Positions 25,057-39,185 of a DNA stretch of 64,000 nt are shown piece after piece. The position numbers and the translations under genes are program-made. The notes below the pieces were generated by a model. It was not told the DNA's origin, did no database searches, and saw only the letters and a list, made by a program, of their open reading frames with translations. The DNA is from Hydrolagus affinis (lineage: Eukaryota). Each line of letters starts with the position of its first letter. The first letter of the stretch is position 1. The stretch covers positions 1-64,000 of the forward strand of contig JAAILG010000048.1 in assembly GCA_012026655.1 (NCBI GenBank), read 5' to 3'.

Positions 25057-26494
25057 TAAAAGTGAAAACTGTCATCCTTCAGATGAGATGTTAAACTGAG
25101 GTATTGCTGCCTGTTCAAGTACAATTGAGCAAAAGATTCCATCACACTGTTTCAACAGGGAGTATTTCCTGGTGCTCTGGTAATCAATTTTCCAGATAAA
25201 ATTGGTTATTCACTTAATGCCTATTTGAGCGAAATATTGGCAGCTGCATTCACTCCGAAAACATGACACTTAAGAGAACACTTTGAGGCATTCCAACATT
25301 ATTGGTCTTAACAACAATGTTAAGTATTTCACAAGTATAACACAAAAACAAATTACAAATTACAAGTATAAATACTGTACAGATGAGGCAAATTGTTTCA
25401 GCCACTGTTTACAGTATCCCTTGAAACTGGTTGGACAGTGCATCAGACCATCCAAGAACTTTAACTCTGCTGTTTACAAATGGAAGGTTTTGGGGGCTGC
25501 CCTTTAGTAAGTTTTTTTTAAAAAAAGGCAAAGCAGCATTTGGTTAAGTGTTGCCAAGCTCTACTTTTGTGCTCAGTTGTGCATATGTAGAGTTCTCCTC
25601 AGCCCCAGTGAATATACCTTTGGAGCGTAAATGCTGTTCCCACTTTGAAATGACTAGCAGTACAGACGAGTATCGTTTTACTAGTATAATTGGTTATTGA
25701 CTTCCCTCAGGAGATTAAGTCAGGGAAAGTCTTGATGGTGTAGATTGTATCTTTTCCTGTTCTTTGCTCTTTGTCAGGTTCTTGTTAAGGATCCTGACTG
25801 CCGACTTCTTCATGTTACATTCTACGCATTGTTGTGTCACATTCACCCCAGCACACACCTAGTTATGAGATCCTGAGTACTTTTTTATCCTAAGGCCTGG
25901 GTTATAAAGAAGTGGAGAGTATTTTTGTGTGTAATACGCGATTATGTATATAATTTATGTAATTAGAACTGTAGAATTCATACATACAGGATAGCCCCAA
26001 CCTTTCTTTGAGGCACCTACATCTTCCATGTGTAACAGAACTATTCAGTTGGGTGGCAGATGTGGGCCCCGTGAATTGTTAAATGTACACATCTGTGTAC
26101 AGTATATAAGACATCTGTGAAACATCAAAGTGCTCACAGATGTATTTGCAAGTTTATTATTCCACAGTGACTGAACACAGTAAAATCTCAACAGGAAAAG
26201 CCACCGTGGAGTACTTACAGATGTCTGAATGCCGGAAAGATATCGGTGTTATAAAAAGAATCTATCAGTATGCCCGCTGCATGCAAACCCTAGATTTACA
26301 CTATTGTGCTCCAGCTCACTGACTGCCAGTGGCGTGTGCTGCGGTAGCCGGCAGTTGGTGAGAAAATGCAGTAACATTTCTGAAATGCTGATTAATTTTG
26401 TAAAGTCATCCAATTTTACAGACCAGGAGGCCATCTAGTTCTCTGCGTCTTCTCTCTGACAGAGCTACCCCATTCTTTTCCCAAACTCCTTTAT

Positions 26495-26935
26495 GGCTCT
26501 ATGGTGCTTTGGAACGTCCTTTCGATGTGAAAGGCGCTCTATAAATGTAATTTTGTTGTTGTTGTAACACAAATATACAATTGGCTTTCCTGCTCTCCTT
26601 CCTCCTACCCTGACCCTCCCCTTGCCATCTTTCCCCCCATTTTTCTCCTAATCCCACTTCCATGACTGTTTGTGGGACACTGCTGTGCGCAATTTGGCTA
26701 CTGCATTTCGCCCACAAATATACAGTCAATTTTCCTTCTCTTCTTCATCCTGCCCCTCCCCCTCCCCCCTTGCTCTTCCTTGTCCCTACCAAACTGTACA
26801 GCGCCTTGGGACGTCCTCTCGATGTGAAAGGCACTATATAAATGTAAGTTTTGATTGATTGATTGATTGATATATCTGACTTTTTACAAATGATTGTAAT
26901 AATAATCCTTACATATGATATACTGCTTTTCACGT
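26495..26935. mobile_element. Cluster of L2 tails and short SINE fragments
   Basis: L2 tails at about 26500-26565 and 26790-26870 ((GATT)n), SINE piece TGACTGTTTGTGGGACACTGC (26662-26730), minus-strand SINE tail at about 26897-26935. Confidence 0.75.
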
Positions 26936-29269
26936 CTAATTCTCTTTTTAAAACTATTATGGATTGTACTTAAACCATCATTTTTAGTAGGGCATTCCAT
27001 GCCTTCTATTTAAAACAATTCTCTCATTGCCTGTTTTTGTTTCTAATTCACTGATCAGTCCAAACACACTGGAGCTCCATTATAACAAGGTGCTTGGCAT
27101 CCATTCACTCCCACATACTGGCTTGTTCCCATCTGGAAAGAAAAATGGCCTACTTACAGGTTACTGCCAATCTCACTTCCTGTTTGCTGCTTACGTAACA
27201 GCATACTAGAATCATGCCGATCCCCTCATCAATTTGAAAACCACTATCTCTGCTCAACCTTTCTTGTTCTAGTGAAAATAGCCCCAATTTCTCTGGTCTC
27301 TCCTAAATTGGGGTGCTCAAGAGGCACTTAAATACTATTTCTCCCACTAAGTGTAAGCATATTGTACTATATTAGATGTGGCAGGGCTTATTATCTCTTA
27401 TTATGTGGTGGGTAATCCATGATCCAGTACAAAAGGATTAATGTGTAATGTCATCATAGCACATGTTGTTCAATCCATGAACTGCAGGGTTTAGAAGGTG
27501 CTAAGATAAGATGTTTACATTTGATAAAATAATCCTAAATTGGTAGATAGTAGCTGGAAAAAAACGCTTCAAAATACTACATCCTTTGATATCACAAAGC
27601 CTCAGCTATGCACAGTATGCACAGTAATACCTGTGATAATGGTAACAAAATACACACAGCGTGTTTCTGATCTGAACTGGGAAGTGGATATTCACCAGTC
27701 CAATAGTCCAGATTGAACCTGTTGATCTTTTAACTCAATGCTAATGTTTGATTCCCATTGCACTGCTCGACTGTTGGAGATCGCATCTTTGGGCTCCATG
27801 TCCTTTGTATCTTCTCTTCCAAAACTGCCTCCCTTAGCTATTGTTGCCTTTCACTGTTTTTAAAAATCTCCTAAAACCCTATATCTTTTATCATACCTCA
27901 GTCACCTCTAATGCTGGATTCAGGCTGAAAGTGAAGCCTTGGTGCAGCACAGTGCTTAACTTAGAAAATATGGGTTATTCACAGGTTTCTTTCCCAAATT
28001 TTCAGAAACAGCGATATCATTGCATTGTGCATGGGATGCCACCATACACATCTAATTGCTGGGAGCTGGGGTAATAGCCATTGATGGCAGAAGAAATGTG
28101 GAAAAGTTTATTCAATCACCCCACTCCCTCCTAAGTTACCTCTCTTTCATGTTGTGTCAACAACAACAACTTCAATTATATAGCGCCCTCCATGCCGGAC
28201 GGCGTCTCAGAGTGCTTGAGCGTGTCAGTCTACGATGGCACGAATGTCTTTGAAGGCCAAGCAGATTCCTAATCCTAGTATTCATTCATCCACTTTGAGT
28301 GGATTATTTACTTCTCCTGTTGTTTATGGTGTTATTTATTGACAAAATACAGTCAATATATTTCACAGTAATTCGTGTTAAAGGCTTTGAGACATCCTCC
28401 CAATGGAAAAGGCACGATAATAAATGCAAGGATTATTAGGATGTTCTTTCACATAAATGGTGCGGTGTATATGGAAATGTTTGTTGCTTTGAAGGACTTT
28501 TTTTCAAGAGGAAAGAAGTGAGAGAAGGATCCAAAGCTGAATATTAAGGATTGTCTTACAGTGAGCCAGAGGCAGAGGTCTAGTAACATTTCTGCCAGGA
28601 GGTGGTTATCTGAAACCTCTGACTGGACAGCTTTGTAAGTCTCTCCCACACATCTAATTTTCTGTGCAGTTTCAGTGCTTGTTTTCGTTTTGAGAATGTT
28701 ACCACTCCTTCCACAGAACAGAAAGTGTTTGGCCCATGCAACACACAGCTCTGTGTTTTCACCAGGAACTGACGAGGCAAATCACGTGAAAACACACAGA
28801 TTTCTATTATGTGCAGGATAGGAGAGAAAAAAAAACTGTGCATAATCAGACCTGTATCTAACAGTATAGCTGACTATTACTGGCTGTGAAAGGAGCTATT
28901 TACATACATGAGAATATTACTATATTAGGAATTTGCTTGAACTGAATGAGATTAATATCTGTTGAAATTAAATTCACACAGGTTTGTATTTTTTTTAAAA
29001 AGCAAGGTTAAAGTTGAACAGCCTTTATTGAAAGGCATGAAATTCATTTTGTGACTCATTGGTCCTTGGCTTAGCTAAGTACAATGCCATGACTTGAAGT
29101 GGTTGTGGTAAATCCACTTCAGATGGGGTTGCTGGTGGTATAAGTGAATGTTCTGGTTGGGTGGAGTGTGGAAATGGACTCTGCTCTCTTGAATCTCTGG
29201 CCTCCATCGTGCAGCTCACTGCACTGAGAATCATAGATGCAGTGCCAAATTCCACAAGTCTATAATAAC

Positions 29270-29710
29270 CCTCAATCTTGCCTGGCTCTATTAGCACAGC
29301 ATCACCCAGAGGATTGAGTTCAAGATGCTCGTCTTCACTTTTAAAGCCTTCAACAGATGTGCCCCTCCTACCAATGGGACCTTCTTGAACCCCACCACCT
29401 CCATTCAGCAGGCACTGGTCTGCTTCACATCCCAATTCCTGCACCATCAGCAGTCAAGCCATCAGTTTTTCTGCATCCACTCTCGTCACTTTCACCCTGG
29501 AGTTTTTTTGTCTGACTCCTTCCCTCAACATCCCTTTCAAGCTTTCTCTTTGACCATAAGTTTACAAATCTTGCCTGCCTCTGCCATGCATGAGGTCCCC
29601 ACTCCTCCTAAATCCATCCACCAGCTCAGATGCAAATAGTTCATTATCCAGCACTTTGGGACATTCTCTGATGTGAAAGGTGCTGCATAAATGCAATTTG
29701 TCATTGGTGT
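29270..29710 (+). mobile_element. Decayed L2 3' fragment
   Basis: CCCAGAGGATTGAGTTCAAGATGCTCGTCTTCACTTTTAAAGCC (QRIEFKMLVFTFKA) and an L2 tail. Confidence 0.8.
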
Positions 29711-29749
29711 TGCTCTGTAGTGTATCACTATGTGGCTCCAGCAAGCATT

Positions 29750-30065
29750 CTATTATTGATAATACAGCTTTAATTTGATTAAGCTCCTGATCACATTGTC
29801 GAGGCACTTCACAAAATTTAATGTAAAGTGTAACGAATGTATATTTTCTAGGCAAATAATGCAGCCAATTTTAATGTCCCACAAACAGCCATGAAGTGAA
29901 TGCCAATTTTTATCTGGAGAAATATTGGGTAGATCATTGAGAGAATGGGATCTTTAACATAAACCTGAGCAGGCAGATGAGAGCTCGGTTTGACATCTAA
30001 CCAGAAAGATGACACCTATGACAATGTAGCACTCAACCAGCACTGCATTGAGTGTCAGCCCAGAC
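29750..30065 (-). mobile_element. Long Deu SINE, decayed
   Basis: AATGTCCCACAAACAGCCATGAAGTGA, GGGATCTTTAACATAAACCTGAGCAGGCAGA. Confidence 0.75.
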
Positions 30066-30424
30066 TGTTTGCCATTCTTTCTGTTTAATAGATCATTACA
30101 CGATACTCTAGCCCAGTTCAATTAATTCTTTGACCCTATTGATTCCCACATGAGAAAAATCATGCACTTTTCAGTGAAACTGTAATTTTCCCCGTGGAAA
30201 AACCATCAGTTATATCTTTGACCTGTACAATTAAATATTACATTAAGTACACTATACTGCATAACCAACAACATCACCAACATGAATTTATATAACACCC
30301 TTCATGTAGAATAACGTATGTGCTTAAACAAAGCGCTCTGTGTTAAAAGAATTGGAATTAGGAATATCACTGTAAGTAGCTTAGGTTCCAATACCAACCT
30401 GATATGTAAAAAAAAATCCCAACC

Positions 30425-31000
30425 TAACTATAATTAAGTATGATTTGTCTCCAAAGCTGATTCCCTGGAGTGGACTTCCTCCGGGGGCTGCCGTGGCTGC
30501 GTGTATCTCCTGAACTGTGTCTATCTATTGAACAACTTGAGCTAATGTTACTGTTTCCTAGTTCTCCTTTGATGTAGCATTGCCCACTTATAAGTAATGA
30601 CACTGACTCGGAGACAAAAGGATACAAACCAGGCCTAGGCATCTATCTGCCAGTGAAACAGCAGAAATAATTGTGTCTGAGAAATGAGCCGGCATTTAGT
30701 GGTTATCATCAGTGAGGGGAGAACCATTTCCCAGGATCGGAAATGCTAATCATCAATCTCCTTGCGCATGAAATGTCTCTGTTTAATAGCTGATAGAGCG
30801 TCTCCAAAGGCTTTTTTTGCTCTTTGTTTAAAATGACATATAATGGGGCCTGCCTTATCAGCGTCTCTAAATGCATTTTCTGCGCTTTATCCCCACTAGG
30901 GGATTAGTCCAGTCTAATAAATATACGCTGGATTGATTTTGAGCTCTGGATAATTTAATCCATCAATATAACATTAAATGAATATGCAGAGGACCGCTTT
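30425..31000. promoter_or_regulatory. Candidate conserved non-coding element/enhancer
   Basis: Repeat-free block with retained CpGs, TCF site CCTTTGATG (30566-30574), PBX-HOX TGATGGATTA (minus, 30956-30965) and many TAAT motifs. Conservation itself is not visible. Confidence 0.4.
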
Positions 31001-34000
31001 GAGGATGAAGAACAGAAACTAGCATTCTTATTAATTTAAAATGGATTTGAGAAATGGAACGGGGCTGGTGCTATTTGTATCTGCCACTAGACCTAACCTC
31101 TGTGTATTACTACCTTGTGAATTATGTGCTTTATTTAAATATACCCACATGTATTCTCTGCACTTAAAAAGGCTTAGAATTATCAGAAGTGGAGCTATTC
31201 CAGTTTGCTTTCTAATCCAGTACATATCCCAGTTGGCCCACAGCATTTCTTTTGTATGTAAACAGATTAAGAAACATTATGATGTGGGTATTTTCCAAAC
31301 AACTGTGCAGGTTGTGTAAAACTATAATAACACAGCGTAATTAGAGGAAAACAATGATTTGTTAACTTGGGATGATGTGGTAAATGCAATTTTAATAGCA
31401 ACTCAATTTTATTTCAAACATCTTTGATTAACAAGGATCCATTGGTCATAAGAAGTATGGGAGAAATCAATGATTTAAAATAATAAATCCCCCTTTAATA
31501 CAGGACAAATATAAGATGCTTCATGGAGTTCTGCTTGATATGATTTATATTTCCATAAATGATGCGATATCTCACCAGCGACAAAGTCATGAATGAATTA
31601 TGACTAGCTTCATGAGTGGAAATAAAATGTGTATCACACAGATGTCCATGGAGTATTCTGCTTATAATACTCGAGTTATGTGTTTAATTTAAGAAATTAT
31701 TTCTGTAATGATTTTTAATGTTTTTTTTCATTCCGCCTGGGAGGCTTGGGCAAACCATCTGGTGATCTCACTGCTTCATTGAGACAGCACTAGTGTTGAA
31801 ATAGGAGTTTTATTTCCGCAGTTCTCACGTAATGGGTGTTACAATGCAAAGCATAGGAATCAATTCATTGAAGGGATTTAGTGCATCTCGGTTGTTTAAC
31901 TTTGAGTTGTAAACATACAGGAAGGATTGGTCTATAGCTCAGGATAGAACATCTACTCATATTGCTCTGAAAATGTATTATGTGCAATGAATGAATATTT
32001 GGTTCTTTGGCTTTCTGGTGTGAATTTCTTGCAGTTTCTGCCCAAGGAGGCATCCTGACTTCCCTTAATTCTCCTTTGATCCTGGAACCGAGCAGAAAGA
32101 CAGGCTTAACCTGTCTCTTTTTTGCCCTGCTCACATGCTGTTTTGGTAATGCCTGCTCTCCATTGCCTAACCTCTTGCTGAGAAAACCTGTGGACCTGTG
32201 CAGACAGTGATGGTGTTTGGCAGTTATCACTAATGTGCAATTCATCCATGTTTAGCAGAACTCCTAGAATCGTTTAATTCTAAGACCAGAGCAAAAAGTG
32301 TTTGCTGAAAAAGAAAAAGGGCAACAAACTGGGTTAATACTCTGGTAAAGACCATAAAAGAAAAGACAGTATCTGATTCTGCTGCTTGGGGAGTATAGAA
32401 AACCCAGCGCCAAGTTGTAGCTACCAAAAGGAAGGTAAGCAAATGAAGGAGGAAAAGAGGAAGAGATGGTGAGGCCTGATGAGAATGGGGGAAGATAACC
32501 TCTATCAGTACAAGTGAAGGTCACCACTGCCCTAAACCCCTCTGTTACCGAGACCAAACTAGCATCTACAGGATAGACTGTGGGAAATGGGAGATAGCAA
32601 TCTTGATGTTTTGTACTGGATAAGGTGATAAAGTACTTTAGAGAGAGGCTCCCTGAGAAGTAACCAATACAGGAGCTGTAGAGGAGATACCAGACTGGTA
32701 TTGTTACCAGACTGTAGGCTTTTATCTAGTACAGTATTAACAGTCCATCTTGCCTGGTTGGGAGATTGAAAGATACAACTGACAAAACAACAACAAACAG
32801 CAACAAACTTACATTTATAGAGTGCCTTTCATGTCGGGAGGATGTCCCACGGCGCTGACAGTCCATGTTTGAGGAGTTCAGCCTCACATCAATTGGCAAT
32901 AATATCTGTATTTTGGAAATGCTTTAAATGAAAGGTTTGCTGGGTTAGCTGCAACATTTGCTTTTGTCAAATTCACTTCATTCCAAATTATACGTATCAT
33001 AACATCATGAAGGTTAGCTTGGCCCATTTGTTTAATCCCTCCAGAATACCCTCTCTACTATCCTCCCATCACAGCATCAGGCTGTGTTTTTCTATTGAGT
33101 CCAGTATCCTGGCCTCCAACACCTGTCCTGCCAAATGTTCCAGTTATTAATTATCTTCTGGGTAAAGAAAATGTAGCAGATTATTTTAGGAACTACAGAA
33201 AACTATGAGGCTATGACTAAATATAAAAAGTTGCCATAATTTTCTCCCACAAAATATAGTCATTTGACTTCACAGTATATTCTGTGAAGCAGCTGCAACC
33301 CTGTGAAGCACTTTGAGACATCTCAAAGACGTGATAAGACGTCATATCAAATGCAGATATTATTATTATCGTTATTTTCAATGATGATTTTCAAACTAGC
33401 AAAAAAGCGAAGGAAAAGATGAAGCAGTAAATGGATCTAATTGACAAAATTTATGAAAATATTGGTGAACAATGGAGCCTGTACTACCGGATGTGCCTCA
33501 GTCTTTTTATTTTGATCACACCTGTGTGCATCTGCCACATGCGGAAACCCTACACCATGTTTAAAAGTATCCAAAGCAGATGGGCATTCCACATATGTAT
33601 GCGATCTGCACATCAAAATTTCCTTGTGTCTGCAGTGAAAAATGCACCCTCTTGTCTTTAATCTTTACAACAGTAAAGAGTTATTGTGGGAGGGTTGCAG
33701 CTGTTTCCTGCGCCTTGGGATGTCCTCCTGATGTGAAAGGTGCCACAAATGTCATTTGTTGTTGCTTATCTTTTTCTAGGTACAGGCTGGTGAGAATCGG
33801 GATCTGAAACCCCACAATGGGTGTTACGGTTCGGACAGAGTTTAACCAGCTAAAATGGCATTGCTTCAGCTGGTTGAGATTGTGACCTCTTACCATGTCC
33901 CAGGACCCACAAACCACAGTTGGTCACAATCCGTCTTCACGGAAGTTAAAATTGAGATCACTAGCAGAGTGGAGTTTCACAAAGTTGGTTAAATATTAAA

Positions 34001-35184
34001 TAAAATCCAATTCTCTGTGATGCCCTTTACATTTCTTTTTTGCCTGGTTCTGTGAATGCTTTAAATATACAATTGATTAGTAATGATGAAATCCTCAGGA
34101 TATTGACAAGGAGGGTTACTGAGGTGGACAGGATAATTGAAGTAAACTAACATTCATACAGTTGAAATGACAAGAAATAGATGCTAAAGAACAAAACTTC
34201 TTCAATTCAATCAGAATTCTTTTTAATGGTTTGATTTGCAAAGTACGTAGGCTTTTTCGTTCAGTTAAACGTTGATAAGTACAAATTTAATTTTATTGTT
34301 GTTGTTACTGTTGTAAATGAGAAACCCCATTTTTCACTTAGTCCTTGAGAAGTAGATTTAGACAGTTCATTTCACTCCATTTCTTTGAGAGATTAGCAAT
34401 GAAGGAATGGATATAAGCGTTTTCGGGGCTGGGGTTCAAGCTTGGAGTCTAAAAGTAACAAATATCTGACCTAGCTACTGTTTCACGTGTTGAAACTCAT
34501 GGTTGTGACAGATTGGCCAATAACAGTTAGTTGTGACTAGTTTTAACAATTTTCTGATGTAATCTTTTCCCTTTCTTGCAATGCTTTGTCCATTACACTG
34601 GCCAGGTACTTATCATCATAACTTGTGGTAACAAATTTTGAAATTGGCCTATTTTGCAGCTGAAGTGAGGGGGAGGGGGAGGGGGAGGCGGTGGGGATTG
34701 GAAATTAAATTGTGATGATGGATGACCTCTCTACGTGAGTTTCCAGATCTTGAAGGTGACCCTATCTGTGATTTGAAATAATCTTTCAGGTGCCACTAAC
34801 TTCCGACTGCTTCATTTTTTAAAAAAAGAATTCAATCGAGATAACAAATTGCAGCATCTCATTATAAAACATGGCATGGAATTGCTAAGCGGAACCTTCA
34901 GCACACACCAAAGTGGAACAGGTGAATTGCAGCAGTCCTGCTGATGTCCACTAGGTGAGTTCACAATCCCAACTCGGTACAGTACTTAACTCATTCTGAG
35001 ATTTTACTAAATAAGCTTGTTGAAGTACTTCAGAAGAGAATTCAACTTGGGTTAAATTGTTTTTGCATAAAGAGGCCATTAAACCAGGGATGCGGCCACC
35101 AGTAGGCTCGGGTAGCCCACAGTCCACCCAATTAGCAACCAGGCATCACCCAGTGCATGCAGAGAGACATTTACAACTGCATTT

Positions 35185-35450
35185 GCGAGCCTTTAGCCAC
35201 TTTGCCCCCAACCTCTGGAACTCCATCACACAGTCCCTCCGCCTTGCTTCCTCCCTGGCCTCCTTCAAGTCCCACCTCAAGACTTTCCTCTTCGATGGTC
35301 CCATTGGCAACTCCTAATCCCCCCCTTCCCTCCCACCCCTGTCCCTAGCTCGGGTCTGAAGCAGTGACTGTCCAGCGCCTTGGGACATCCTCCTGATGTG
35401 AAAGGCATATAAAAGGTATATAAGAGTAATTTTGTCCTTGTTGTTGTTTG
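35185..35450 (+). mobile_element. L2 3' fragment
   Basis: RAFSHFAPNLWNSITQSLRLASSLASFKSHLKTFLFD and (TTG)n tail. Confidence 0.92.
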
Positions 35451-36067
35451 AATTAGCTTTGGTCTCAAATTTTGCACCAAAGAAGAGAAAAGTTGAGTGT
35501 GTTCACATTTGTGACACTCGCCTAGCGATCGACTGATACAACTGTAATTGTCAGCAATGTGTTAATTATCACATCATATGCCATATGTTTCACCTCATTG
35601 AGATGAAAGAAGCACTTCCTTAATGCACATGTGCTGTGGTCTTAATGTACATCTGTATTTTGTTGTATCTTTTAATTTCTTTTCAAATTTCTTTTCGAAT
35701 TGCCCGTTATCCCAGTCTTTAAGACTCCATTGATTTGAGGGTACAGCTCCTCCAGAAAACCCTGTCAGTTTCCCTGTATATTTGGGTTTCAAAAAGAGAA
35801 TTCAAATTCAATAAAAACCTGATGGGAAACTGTATTAAACTTTATATCTCCAACATATGACTCCGGAATGTGTACTCAATGGCTGAATAATACATTTCCT
35901 TCATACTTGTTTTTACTGCACTAAAAAAAAGTTCATGCAGGTACTACAGAAGAGTAAAAAAAGTCTTCTTAATTGTTTATGTCTTAGTGCTTTTTAGTAG
36001 GGCCTAAATCAATTCTCCAAATATATAATCTGCAATACAACAACAAAATTAGATCTGTACTAATATT

Positions 36068-36130
36068 AAGGCTCTGAGATGCAGTCCAGCGTGGAGGGCG
36101 CTATATAAATCGAAGTTGTTGTTGTTGTTG
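36068..36130 (+). mobile_element. L2 3' tail, second subfamily
   Basis: CTCTGAGATGCAGTCCAGCGTGGAGGGCGCTATATAAATCGAAG(TTG)n. Confidence 0.85.
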
Positions 36131-36142
36131 TATTCACCCAAC

Positions 36143-36392
36143 ATTAATAACCCTTGCATTTGCTAGAATGCCTTATCACTCCATTGAAGGCCTTCACAGA
36201 ATATACTGTAAAGTGAATAGACTATATATTTTTGGGGGAAACATTCACTTTCTACGGCTAAGATTTGCACAGGGCATGAATGCTCCCAAAAAATATTCAG
36301 TCAATTCACTTTACAGTATATTTTGTGAAGCACTTTCAGACATCTCAATGACGTGATAAGGAGCTATATCAAATGCAAGGATTATTATTATT
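36143..36392. mobile_element. Two SINE 3' tails in inverted, back-to-back orientation
   Basis: CCTTGCATTTG...AATATACTGTAAAGTGAAT (minus copy) and ATTCACTTTACAGTATATT...CAAATGCAAGG(ATT)n (plus copy). Confidence 0.8.
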
Positions 36393-37654
36393 ACAGTACT
36401 GCATTAGAATGAGGGAAGGCATTTTTATGGGGTATTTTTACCTCAAAAAGACTCAAATCGCTGGACAAAAATGAACAAAAGAGCAATCCTACATTATGTA
36501 TGATTACCACCAAGTGCAGAGGGAAGAGATTTTAAGGATTATGATTCAGGATTACAATTTTTTTGTAGGCAAACGGGATAGTTATTTCTACATAGCCAAG
36601 TCCCACAGACAACAAAGAGGCGAATGATCAGTTATTTTTGTCGTCCTCCATTTCTGCAGGCATTTTGAACAGATACTCCATATTATTTGCTAGCTACTAT
36701 GTGTGCTACACAGTTGCAGTTATAAATTCCTGATCTTCCAACAGCACTGCATGGTAACAGGTACAATATTCCCAAGATTGTTTACAGCCAGATATCTTTT
36801 TCTTCCATAATATAGCTTTCACATTCAGTTATTCCATGCATATATCAACCTGTCAAAAATAAAGTGATTTTACTGATAAAAGAAGTAGGGCTGTGGGGTA
36901 TTTACTTTACCACTGACATACTGACATATGGACTAGCCGCGCACCTAATACATACTTGTCCCCAATTGTTCACTGGATCCATCCCTTTCCAGCTGCATTT
37001 TACCAGACCCTCTGGTGAATATTATCATGGATTTGTACTGTTAAAGGGTAAAAACACTGCTGTCAACAGCCGTGATATTTTACAGTTCTTGTTGGATGAG
37101 TGAACCTATCCCCAATAACTTGACAGTCAGTCACACATGATGGCATAACGTTTTGAAGGCTATCCGGTGAGGTGATTTTCAAAATGCAGACTGCTTAGCA
37201 TGTGCACTAAATCCTGGAGTGACACTGAATCTTAAATTAATGGCCAGCATCGTTATTATTGTGCATAGAATTGTTTTTGCCAATTCTGTTTGTTAAGAGA
37301 AACAACACATATTAGAATAATGATAAAATATCAAGCACAAGATAAATATTGCACTGGACAAATTATGCCATCTTAAATTGAAGCGGCTCATTGTTTAAAA
37401 AATATAAAAAATATTAGCCGAATACCACCCGTGAAAATCCACCCATGTCTACATATACTGTATTTATATAGGATTTCAGATGTCCAGAATTTGGCAAATT
37501 CTTCAATATAAATTTATTTTTGAAGCCTTTTTTGATAAGTTATTTGAACTAAAGCAGACACCTGTCTGACTGAGCTATTGTAAAAAAAGCTACAATTGAA
37601 TAATCAAGAGTGGTATTGACACCAACAAAATAAATGAATATATTGCATTCATCC

Positions 37655-37820
37655 CGACCCCCCTCCCCACCACAATGTTTTTACATTTTTACATTTTAAT
37701 TCTAAACTTTAATACTACCCTGTCCCTCTCCCTTGCTCGGTCCGGATCTGACTGTTTAGCGCCTTGGAATGTCCTCCCGATGTGAAATGCGCTCTATAAA
37801 TGTAATTTTGTTGTTGTTGT
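37655..37820 (+). mobile_element. L2 3' tail
   Basis: GCGCCTTGGAATGTCCTCCCGATGTGAAATGCGCTCTATAAATGTAATT(TTG)n. Confidence 0.85.
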
Positions 37821-38907
37821 AAACGTAGACTTCTGCTAACTCAATTCCCAATTTGCTGAAACCTGCAGTAACTGATCTCGTGCCAGACCTGTTTCATGTT
37901 AGACTATTTAGTACATCTGAGAATGAAGAGCGTATATTCCATGCATTAGAAGAAATGACTGATCATAGGTTTTATCATCTCTTATAACATCCAGCTAGGT
38001 TGTAAATATTTGTTGGAAACTGAGCATCAGTTAAAGTCAGACAATTTTTCGGTTAATTTCTATGATGGCTTTGCCAACGGAGGTGTTGCTTTTGATACTC
38101 AGTGGATAGATGGGAAAGTGATGCACAGCAATAATAACCAAATTGCAAGATAGGATGAAAGCACCAACGCTCTCCATTATTGGACTAAGGCCATATTTCT
38201 TTCATGGCTGTTCATGGGACATTGCTCTGTGTAAACTGGTTGTTATGTTTTCCTACAAAATTCACAGTGACTCCACTTCGAGCGCTTTGAGTTGTCCTCC
38301 CAACCTGAAACGTGTGTTAGGAAATGCAAGGATTATCATTATTATGACTGCACAATAAAATGCATGATTGCCATTCATTAGATTAGATAATCAGTATATC
38401 AAAGTATTCACGATTTTTTTATGACATTAATTCATATCAAGTTTGTTAAACTGATAGTTTATATTTTAATAAATTAACCTATTCAAAATGCATTGCTTTA
38501 GTTTAATTATTAATAATCCTCAGCCTGACCTGCCTTTGGAATTTACTTGGACTCAAACCTTCAGCCTCCTGGCTCTAATATCAGCAGCATCAGGCGTGGA
38601 ATGTGGTACCTGAGCACTCCTGTGCTGTCTTCGTGACAACCTGGTTTTCAGTGGGTCGAGTTATCGCATTCTGTTGATGGAACTTTGCAAATTCTCTTAT
38701 GATTTAATCTCAACATTCGCCTGGAGGAGAAGCAGGAAAGACAAAGTGAAATAGGAAAATGCTTTGTTTTTAATCTCTTTTTGACCTAAATCGCCTTTAT
38801 ATTCATTAAATAGCAGGGAAGAAAAAAATAGCTTTTTTTAGATTGCAGCTAGTGAGTGTTATTAAACAACTGTGATGTCTAAAGAAACACTGTTCCGCAG
38901 ATGCAAA

Positions 38908-39185
38908 AATAATAATAATAATAATAATCCTTCCATTTGATATGGCACTTTTAACATTGACAGGTTGTCTCAAAGTGCTTCACAGAATATACTGTGACTG
39001 TTTATTTACACACAATGTGGCAGCCAATTATTGCACAGCAATATTCCACAAACAACTATGAAGTGAATAATCAATGTTATGTGTGGGATTCCCGGCCAGA
39101 ACATCAGGAGAAACTTTTTAAATAGTGCCACGGGATCTTTAACATCTATCTAAACAGGCAGACTTTGGTTTAACATCTCTTCTGT
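38908..39185 (-). mobile_element. Long Deu SINE 3' part
   Basis: (AAT)n-CCTTCCATTTGATA tail; GGCCAGAACATCAGGAGAAAC; GTGCCACGGGATCTTTAAC. Confidence 0.85.

Noticed and set aside
34789-34955. Possible exon between TTTCAG and TAG|GTGAGT
   Set aside because: The one long frame I traced hits a stop before the donor and no peptide is recognisable; cannot be supported without RNA data.
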